A stretch of DNA of 64,000 nucleotides from Vulcanimicrobiota bacterium (GTDB lineage Bacteria > Vulcanimicrobiota > Vulcanimicrobiia > Vulcanimicrobiales > Vulcanimicrobiaceae): contig JAFANA010000103.1 in NCBI GenBank assembly GCA_019232905.1, positions 29,410 to 93,409 of the forward strand, given 5' to 3'. Below the pieces are notes generated by a model. That model saw nothing but the letters and a program-made list of their open reading frames with translations. It was not told the origin of the DNA and searched no databases. Position numbers and translations under genes: made by a program. Positions 43,937-51,020 of the stretch are shown piece by piece (the first letter of the stretch is position 1; each line of letters begins with the position of its first letter).

Positions 43937-45763
43937 ATGAAGGCACATGCTGCGCGGCCCCTTTCACTAGCCGAGACGCTTGCGCTCACGCTTATCGCGA
44001 TCTTTGCGCTCTACACGCTCGGCGGCGGAACGATTTCGCCGTACCCGAACTACGGATACTTCGGGTGGAATCTGAAGCCCGATCTTTCGACGGTCGCGTA
44101 CGTGACGCCGCACTCACCGGCCGCGCACGCCGGTCTGCGCGCCGGCGATCATTTGGATTGGAAAACGCTTCCACTGCTTGGAAGAACGAATCTCGGCATC
44201 GTTCAGCCGGTCAAGCCCGGGGAACGCATTACCTTCACCGCATCGCGCAACGGCGTTCGCACCTCACATACGGTCGAAGCTGTTCCGTTTGGACCGACGA
44301 TTCAAAACACGACGCGACTTGAAGATCTAGTACAGTTAGCGCTCATTGCGATCAGCATCGTGCTCGTACGATTGCGGCCGTCTCGTATGACCTGGGGATT
44401 TCTGTTGTGGTGGTTTGCGGATCTCTACAACGTCGCTGAAGGTGACCCGGTGAGGTTCGCGCTCGCGTACGGAACGGCGGCGATTCTCTGGGGCACGAGC
44501 GCAGGCGGATTTCTCACCTTCGTGAGCCGCTATCCGACCGGCGAGCCGCGCGGACCGCTACGCATACTCGATCGCGCTGCGATACCTGCCGGTGCAGTAG
44601 TCGCAGCGCTGTGGCTGACATTCTACGGCATGATTCTGTTCGCAATCGTGCCGCCGCAGTGGCTCTTCGTCGTGCTCCAGGCGCTATTTCTCCCGGCCGT
44701 CAGCGTCATCGCGATCGTTGCACTCGTCATCTCGGCGCGGCTCACGAGCGGGAGCGATCGCCAACGTGTTCTGCCGGTCCTTGCGGCGGTAACGCTCGAT
44801 GCCGTAATCGGCGGTGCGTCGTTCGTTTGGGGCGTCTATTTTACCGACGACGCGACGTCCCTGATTCTAACCATTGCGTCGACGCTTACGGAATTGCTCG
44901 TGGCGGCAGCCGTGGTGTACGGCGTTTTACGCAACCGCGTCATGGACGTATCGTTCGTGATAAGTCGCACGCTCGTGTACACCATTCTCACGTCACTGAT
45001 CGTCGGTACATTTGCCCTTATCGATTTCGCGTCGTCCAAACTCCTGGAGCATTTTCAGCTCGCACTGTTGCTCGAAGCGTGCGCCGCACTTGGATTCGGT
45101 ATCTGGCTGAATTCGCTGCACGGTCGCGTCGATCGCTTCATCGACAGCACGATCTTCCGGCGCCGGCATCTGGCCGAACAGCGGCTGTTGCGAACCGCGC
45201 ACGCGCTCCGGCATTCGGAATCGACGCGCTTTGTGGACGAGGCGCTCGTCGTGGAACCGGCCGGCGCGCTCGGACTGTCATCGGCAGCTCTATTCCGCCG
45301 CAACGGCGATGCATTCGTGCGCGTATCGTCGCAAGGCTGGGAGATCGCGCACATCGCAGCCATCCCGCTGGACGATACGCTCGCCGTTCACCTGAGCGCT
45401 GAACTTGAAGCGATCGACTTGCACGAAGTGCCGTGGACGCAATCGAACGTCCCCGAAGGCCTTGCGCAGCCGATTCTTGCGCTACCGCTTTCCGACAGAC
45501 ATGATTTGGTCGCATTTGCGCTTTACAGCGGCCATACCGGCGGCGAAGCCGTGGATCCTGACGAGCAGAGAGCGCTTGCGAACCTCGCGGACTGCGCCAC
45601 TGACGCTTACGAACACATCCGCGCAACGAACCTCGAAACCGAAGCCACGGCGCTGCGCACAGAGAACGCGATGCTCGCTCAAGAGCGCAAGCTCCTACGC
45701 GAAATGCTCGACGCGTTACAGGCGGTTCGACAACCTCAGGATGACAGCGCGGCGGCGGGGTAG
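43937..45763 (+). CDS. membrane protein: N-terminal TM + PDZ domain + multi-TM region + cytoplasmic GAF-like domain + coiled coil
   Basis: PDZ signature VAYVTPHSPAAHAGLRAGDHL, then about 7 hydrophobic helices. The C-terminal block SSAALFRRNGDAFVRV...ILALPLSDRHDLVAFALYSGHTGGEAVDPDEQRALANLADCATDAYEHI fits a GAF pattern. No kinase, cyclase or HTH output domain is seen. Confidence 0.7.
   Translation: MKAHAARPLSLAETLALTLIAIFALYTLGGGTISPYPNYGYFGWNLKPDLSTVAYVTPHSPAAHAGLRAGDHLDWKTLPLLGRTNLGIVQPVKPGERITFTASRNGVRTSHTVEAVPFGPTIQNTTRLEDLVQLALIAISIVLVRLRPSRMTWGFLLWWFADLYNVAEGDPVRFALAYGTAAILWGTSAGGFLTFVSRYPTGEPRGPLRILDRAAIPAGAVVAALWLTFYGMILFAIVPPQWLFVVLQALFLPAVSVIAIVALVISARLTSGSDRQRVLPVLAAVTLDAVIGGASFVWGVYFTDDATSLILTIASTLTELLVAAAVVYGVLRNRVMDVSFVISRTLVYTILTSLIVGTFALIDFASSKLLEHFQLALLLEACAALGFGIWLNSLHGRVDRFIDSTIFRRRHLAEQRLLRTAHALRHSESTRFVDEALVVEPAGALGLSSAALFRRNGDAFVRVSSQGWEIAHIAAIPLDDTLAVHLSAELEAIDLHEVPWTQSNVPEGLAQPILALPLSDRHDLVAFALYSGHTGGEAVDPDEQRALANLADCATDAYEHIRATNLETEATALRTENAMLAQERKLLREMLDALQAVRQPQDDSAAAG
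45726..45746 (-). repeat. short dispersed repeat, copy D (in overlapping 3' ends of convergent genes)
   Basis: Plus strand reads TTCGACAACCTCAGGATGACA; minus strand reads TGTCATCCTGAGGTTGTCGAA. Confidence 0.6.
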
Positions 45764-46803
45764 TCGCGGTCGGTGAGAGGGACGTGCACGTAACCTTGTG
45801 CAGCGCGTGAGACGCCGAGAAAATCGAGGATCCGTTGCATGATTGCGCTGTCGTGGTCGACGACCTTGCGGACATTTTTCAACTGGCGCGGATCGTTACC
45901 GGCGAGATAAAACTCGTGCGCCGGCATCAACGTCCAATACTTCGTGAACGGATCGAGTATCTGCTCGCGCCACACAGCCGAGGCTCCGTCCTCGTCGTCG
46001 CCGTGGCGTTCGCGGAATTTGCGTAAGAATTCGCCCGCCACGATGCGCAATGTTTTGGCGTGACGCCCGTCGTCTTCAGCCGCGCGCGGGGCCATCGCGC
46101 CGAGAACGGAAGCGGTCTTATACGTTTGCTCTTCAGCGTACGAGCGGATTGCAACCGACGCTTCATAGGAAGCCATGAAGATCGCGAGCACCGCGGGATG
46201 CAGCGTTTCGATCGCGGGCATCAGTGCCGAGAAGAGCGGGCTCTCTTCGCTGCGCGGGTCGATGCCGGGATACTGTTGCTCGGCGAGCCATTCGAGTTTC
46301 ACCATCGTCGCCACGTGCGACGCTTCGTCATTCATCAATGCGGAGAGCGCGCGGCGGTAGGCGACGTCGAGTTTTTCGGTATCCGCGTAGACCAAGAGAC
46401 GGCGCGCGATCGACACGGCGATCTCCTCGGCACGCGTCTGCACGGCGACGACCGACTTGTAGAAGCGGGCCAGGCGACGCGTTCGATTCTCGCTTACGTT
46501 TTGGCGAATCGGGAAGAGCGGGGCATCACTCCACGGCATCCGGTCGACGTGCCAATGGTTCGCGATCATTTGGTCCGCCAGATTGCCGGCGACCGTCCTG
46601 AAATCGGCCGCTCGATCCTCGGAACCCAAGACCTCGGAAATGGAATGCGCCTGCACGAACACTCTCCCTTCGGGGCGATCTTGATGCCATTTTGGCCCGT
46701 CAGCAAATAGTAAACCTGCTACGGATGCGGAGGTTGCTTGAGGAACCGTGCTACCGTCTAGCGGTTTGCCTCCGCCCGCAGCCGGATCTGATGCAACTGC
46801 CAC
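45736..46803 (-). CDS. ferritin-like four-helix-bundle protein, putative di-metal carboxylate (diiron oxygenase-like)
   Basis: Spaced ligand-like motifs are QTRAEEIAV ... NDEASHVA (ExxH) ... MASYEASVA ... AEDDGRHAK (DxxH). The real start is probably internal (GTG about 46656-46662 after GGGAGAG, or ATG 46569), because the 5' end overlaps the PilZ gene. Confidence 0.5.
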   Translation of the reverse strand: MAVASDPAAGGGKPLDGSTVPQATSASVAGLLFADGPKWHQDRPEGRVFVQAHSISEVLGSEDRAADFRTVAGNLADQMIANHWHVDRMPWSDAPLFPIRQNVSENRTRRLARFYKSVVAVQTRAEEIAVSIARRLLVYADTEKLDVAYRRALSALMNDEASHVATMVKLEWLAEQQYPGIDPRSEESPLFSALMPAIETLHPAVLAIFMASYEASVAIRSYAEEQTYKTASVLGAMAPRAAEDDGRHAKTLRIVAGEFLRKFRERHGDDEDGASAVWREQILDPFTKYWTLMPAHEFYLAGNDPRQLKNVRKVVDHDSAIMQRILDFLGVSRAAQGYVHVPLTDRDYPAAALSS

Positions 46804-47276
46804 AGATGCACGAAGCGAGTGAGCTCCTCTTGCGTCTCTTGACCGATGTCGACGAACTTCATGCCGTGCGCTAATTGGCGCGTGCCCGGGATATAAAACG
46901 TCGAGAGCACCATGGCTCGCACGCGCATCGGTTCAAACGGCGGCGGTTGCGCTTTCACGGTTTCCGGACGCAGGCCGAACGGTGTCTGTTCGAAGACTTC
47001 TTTCTCGATCGTGAGCCCGGCGAGGAAGTCGTCCGGCAGGCGGAAATCGAGGTCCAGCATCGAGCCTTTTAGCAAATCCTCATCCGTCGAAAGCCGCAAA
47101 CCACCCGCCGAGAGATCGTTTGCGCGCCCGTGGCGGCGTCCGGCACGATCTTGTAACGCGTAGAGCACGTCGAATTCGACGGGCATGCGAAACGCCGAGC
47201 GCTTTTGCGCGGGATTCGGCTGCGCTTTTTTCGCCGGCTTCGCTTCGCCTTTTTTGCGCCAAAACGAGAACACGAG
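46758..47276 (-). CDS. PilZ domain protein (c-di-GMP receptor)
   Basis: Both halves of the PilZ signature are present: KRSAFR (RxxxR) and NDLSAGG ((D/N)xSxxG). Start placed at GTG 47276; ATG 47336 is the alternative. Confidence 0.72.
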   Translation of the reverse strand, partial: LVFSFWRKKGEAKPAKKAQPNPAQKRSAFRMPVEFDVLYALQDRAGRRHGRANDLSAGGLRLSTDEDLLKGSMLDLDFRLPDDFLAGLTIEKEVFEQTPFGLRPETVKAQPPPFEPMRVRAMVLSTFYIPGTRQLAHGMKFVDIGQETQEELTRFVHLWQLHQIRLRAEANR

Positions 47277-47334
47277 AACTCGTCCGTTAAGGCGGGCAGG
47301 CCCCGCTTCCTGCTCTCCCAAACGCTGGTCGGGC

Positions 47335-48717
47335 ATGCTCCAACGGTTGATCGATGCGCTCGGTGCTGACGCCGTCAAAACCGAGCCCGAGGACCTCGCG
47401 GTTTACTCGTTCGACGCCTACACCGACGGCCGCACACCACGTGCGGTCGTGCTGCCCGCGTCGACCGCCGACGTGTCGGCGGTCGTCAAAATCGCGGCGG
47501 AGTACAACGAACCGGTCGTGCCGCGCGGCGCCGGTACCGGCCTCTGCGGCGGCGCGGTCCCCGTTGAGGGCGGCATCGTGCTCTCGTTTGCGCGCATGAA
47601 CCGGATTCTCGAACTCGACACGCAACGCCGGCGCGCACGCGTGCAGCCCGGCGTCATCAATCTGAATCTTTCCGCGGCCGCGTCGCCCCACGGTTTATTC
47701 TATGCGCCCGATCCATCGTCGCAGAAGATCTCGACGATAGGCGGCAACATTGCGACCAATGCGGGCGGCCCGCATTGTTTGTCCTACGGCACGACGGTCA
47801 ATCACGTCATCGAGCTTGAAATCGTCGACGACGGCGGCAACGTGTTCACGACGTCGATCGACCATCCCGGCTACGATCTCACCGCCGCGTTCGTCGGCAG
47901 CGAAGGGACGCTCGGCATCGTGACCTCCGCCTGGGTTCGATTGATGCGCGCGCCCGAAGCCGTGCGGGTGTGGCTCGCGACGTTCGACGACGTCGAAAGC
48001 GCCTCGGATGCCGTCTCCGCGATCATCGCCGCCGGAATCGTGCCGACCGCGCTCGAGATGATGGACAAAGTGATGGCGGCGGCCGTCGAAGCGGCGTTCC
48101 ACGCGGGATATCCGACCGATGCCGGAGCGGTGCTCTTGATCGAACACGCCGGGTTTGAAGACGACATGGCGCACTACGAAAGTGAAATCGCGCGAATCGT
48201 CCGCGAAGGCGGCGCGACGACGTGGCGAAGCGCGCGCACCGAAGCCGAACGCGCGGCGCTGTGGGCGGGCCGCAAAGGCGCAGCCGGTGCAATGGGCCGC
48301 ATTTCGCCGAACTACTATCTGCAAGACGTGTGCGTCCGGCGCAGCACGTTGCCGAAAGCGTTGCACGCGGTCGAAGAGATTGCGCGCGAGTATCGTCTGA
48401 CGGTTGCGAACGTTTTTCACGCGGGAGACGGAAATCTTCATCCGATGTTGTGTTACGACAAGCGCGATCCGAAGCAAATTCAAGCCGTGATCGAATCCGG
48501 GAACGCCATTCTCGAAACGGCGATCGCGCTCGGCGGCACCGTTTCCGGCGAGCACGGTATCGGGTACGAGAAGCGCGACGCAATGACGCACGTCTATTCC
48601 ACGAGCGATCTGGCAACGATGGCACGCGTCCGGGACGTCTTCGATCCGTCGCGTCGCTTGAACCCCGAAAAGATTTTTCCAAGCGGCGTCCGGTGTCCCG
48701 AGGTGCGTCCGGCGTGA
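47335..48717 (+). CDS. glcD: FAD-linked oxidase, GlcD-type (glycolate/D-lactate oxidase subunit)
   Basis: ORF 47185..48717 trimmed to MLQRLIDALG. PCMH-type FAD domain (VVPRGAGTGLCGGAVP) and C-terminal GTVSGEHGIGYEKR. Confidence 0.88.
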   Translation: MLQRLIDALGADAVKTEPEDLAVYSFDAYTDGRTPRAVVLPASTADVSAVVKIAAEYNEPVVPRGAGTGLCGGAVPVEGGIVLSFARMNRILELDTQRRRARVQPGVINLNLSAAASPHGLFYAPDPSSQKISTIGGNIATNAGGPHCLSYGTTVNHVIELEIVDDGGNVFTTSIDHPGYDLTAAFVGSEGTLGIVTSAWVRLMRAPEAVRVWLATFDDVESASDAVSAIIAAGIVPTALEMMDKVMAAAVEAAFHAGYPTDAGAVLLIEHAGFEDDMAHYESEIARIVREGGATTWRSARTEAERAALWAGRKGAAGAMGRISPNYYLQDVCVRRSTLPKALHAVEEIAREYRLTVANVFHAGDGNLHPMLCYDKRDPKQIQAVIESGNAILETAIALGGTVSGEHGIGYEKRDAMTHVYSTSDLATMARVRDVFDPSRRLNPEKIFPSGVRCPEVRPA

Positions 48718-49907
48718 CCGTCGAGCAGATATCCGAACTACTCGCAGCCAGTAACCGCGAAGGTAAAGCGGTCGTAGTAACCGGCGGCGGAACGCTGAGT
48801 GGAATGGGCCGCCCGCCGGCTCGCAGCGACGTAACGCTCTCGACGCTTACGCTCGATACGATCGTCGAAGATGCGCCGTCGGATTTGACGATTGCCGTTC
48901 AGAGCGGGGTTCGCATTCGCACGCTCGCGCAGCGGCTGCAGAAACACGGCACCCACGTACCGTTCGATGCGCCGCATCCCGCCGATGCGACCGTTGGCGG
49001 TACGCTCGCCGCAGGATGGCTCGGACCGCGCCGCCATCTCTACGGACGTCCGCGCGATTTTGTCATCGGATCGGTCGCAGTGCTCGCGGACGGAACGATC
49101 GCGCGAGCCGGCGGCATGGTCGTGAAAAATGTTGCGGGCTACGACATGAGCCGTTTGTATGTCGGTTCCTTCGGTACGCTCGCCGTGATCGCTCAAATCA
49201 ATTTAAAAACAGCCGCGGCACCCGATGTCACGCGCGGTTTTCAGATGCGCCTTCCTGAGGGCACGCGTGCGCGCGCGCTGGATTTACTCACCGGATTGAC
49301 GGTCACGCCCGCGGCCGCATTTTGGATCGACGGCTTCAAAACCGCCGTCGACGGCGAGGACGGCGCCGAGGGGCGTCTCTTCGTCCTGCTCGAGGGCAGC
49401 GAGAGCGTCGTCGACCGCGGAACGCGCGATCTACGCGCAGCCATGGGACGAGCCGGCGTTCCCGAGACGCGCATCGTCGATGCGGGCGCGCGCGAATCAT
49501 TCGAACGCATCGTCGACGCGTACATTGCGTGCGTAGGTGAGCGCTCGATCACCTATCGCATCCCCGCATTCACCGATGACGCGATCTCACGCGTGCACGG
49601 GATGCGCGCAATCGCCGCCCGATTCGAATTGAGAACCGATGCGCTGATCGACGTGATGAACGGCGACATCATCTTTCGTGTGAGCGATCTCGACGCGCAC
49701 GCACTCGGTGCAAAGATCGAGATGTTTGACGACGCCCTCCACGACGAAGAGCCACAAGCGCTCGTGATTGCCGGCCAGCACCCGAGCCGCGCGCTCCTAG
49801 CCGTGTGGGGTTGCGATACCGACGGGATCGACCAGATGCGAGCGCTCAAAGAAAAGTTCGACCCCAACCGCATTCTCAATCCCGGACGTTTCTTGGCCGG
49901 CATCTGA
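48714..49907 (+). CDS. glcE: FAD-binding oxidase subunit, GlcE-type
   Basis: ORF 48222..49907 trimmed to GTG 48714 (GTGA overlap with glcD). VVTGGGT..G.G, ATVGGTLAAG, VKNVAGYDMSRLYVGSFGTLAVI. Confidence 0.82.
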   Translation: MTVEQISELLAASNREGKAVVVTGGGTLSGMGRPPARSDVTLSTLTLDTIVEDAPSDLTIAVQSGVRIRTLAQRLQKHGTHVPFDAPHPADATVGGTLAAGWLGPRRHLYGRPRDFVIGSVAVLADGTIARAGGMVVKNVAGYDMSRLYVGSFGTLAVIAQINLKTAAAPDVTRGFQMRLPEGTRARALDLLTGLTVTPAAAFWIDGFKTAVDGEDGAEGRLFVLLEGSESVVDRGTRDLRAAMGRAGVPETRIVDAGARESFERIVDAYIACVGERSITYRIPAFTDDAISRVHGMRAIAARFELRTDALIDVMNGDIIFRVSDLDAHALGAKIEMFDDALHDEEPQALVIAGQHPSRALLAVWGCDTDGIDQMRALKEKFDPNRILNPGRFLAGI

Positions 49908-49913
49908 CCTGAC

Positions 49914-51020
49914 GTGTTCGCCGACATCGCGTTTGCATTGCGCAGCGTTCTGCGCAGTCCCGCGCGCCTGCGCGCGCTCGTCGCAGAAGATCCGTTCCTG
50001 CCGCTCGATCTCGCGCGATTTCTCTTACGCGTCGTGCCGGTTGCCGCGCAAACGCTCGCCGCGGTTCGCGCGCGAGCAGAATGCATTCCCGACCCGCAGC
50101 TACGCCGCGAAGCGCTCTCCAGCGTGGACGGCAAGGCCTTTCACGTTGCGGGTGCATCGATTCTTGCAACGTTTCTTCCACGCGATGCCGCGCGCCGGTA
50201 CATCGAGACCGTCACGCCTCTCGAGACGATCTACGATTACCTCGATAATTTGTGCGACCGTCATCCCGGCGTACGGCCTATCGCGTATCCGGTTCTCCAT
50301 CAGGCGATTGCCGACGCGCTCGATCCGGACGCGCCCGTTCGCAACTATTACGCTAGTGGACCGGACGGCGATGACGGCAGATACCTCGCCTCGCTCGTCG
50401 TGCAAACACAACGCTCGCTCGCAACCGTTCCTCATCTCCCCCGGTTGCGGCCGTGCTTTGCCGACGCGGCCGGATTCTATGCGGAGCTTCAAACGTTCAA
50501 GCATCTTCCGCGCGGCGAACGCGAGCGCGCGTGCGTCGCTTGGTACGAGCGCAACCGCAATCGATTCGGAGCGCTCGACTGGCATGAGTTCGCATGCGCC
50601 GCCGGCTCGAACATGCACGTCTTTGCTGCGCTCTACACGGCCTATCGCGATCGTCCGGTTGCGATCGCGGAGACCTACGACGCCTACTTTCCCTTCGTGA
50701 GCGCGATTCATATCTTACTCGACTCGTTCATCGATCAAGACGAGGATGAGGAGCACGACGATCTCAACTTCGCACGCGTCTACGGCAACATCGGCGCGAT
50801 GCGCGAACGCTTTGCATTCATGACGGCACGGGCGCGTGCCAGGCTTGCGGCATTACCGGACTCGGGGCGGCACCGTTTCGTACTCGACGTTATGACGTTG
50901 TTTTACCTGAGTCACCCAAAGGTCGCGACAGCCGGTCTCGAGCGCGAGGCCCGGCGGTTACTTCGCGCGAACGGGAACGCCATTGGCTCCGGAACGAGAA
51001 AAGGAGGGCCGCTCCGTTGA
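49914..51020 (+). CDS. DUF2600 / YtpB-like protein (tetraprenyl-beta-curcumene synthase family)
   Basis: 368 aa, comparable to B. subtilis YtpB at about 367 aa. The blocks LETIYDYLDNLCDR, WHEFACAAGSNMHVFAL and AIHILLDSFIDQDEDEEHDDLNF match my recollection of DUF2600 conserved regions. Not verified by search. Confidence 0.68.
   Translation: MFADIAFALRSVLRSPARLRALVAEDPFLPLDLARFLLRVVPVAAQTLAAVRARAECIPDPQLRREALSSVDGKAFHVAGASILATFLPRDAARRYIETVTPLETIYDYLDNLCDRHPGVRPIAYPVLHQAIADALDPDAPVRNYYASGPDGDDGRYLASLVVQTQRSLATVPHLPRLRPCFADAAGFYAELQTFKHLPRGERERACVAWYERNRNRFGALDWHEFACAAGSNMHVFAALYTAYRDRPVAIAETYDAYFPFVSAIHILLDSFIDQDEDEEHDDLNFARVYGNIGAMRERFAFMTARARARLAALPDSGRHRFVLDVMTLFYLSHPKVATAGLEREARRLLRANGNAIGSGTRKGGPLR

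Noticed and set aside
48222-48713. Long N-terminal extensions in the ORF track (e.g. glcE ORF from 48222, LLM ORF to 16571, M14 ORF to 8218, thiG ORF to 1076, E1-alpha ORF from 22915)
   Set aside because: The extensions are Arg/Ser/Pro-rich, overlap the neighbouring genes, and precede an internal start that gives the family-typical N-terminus, often with an ATGA/GTGA overlap. The starts were trimmed accordingly.
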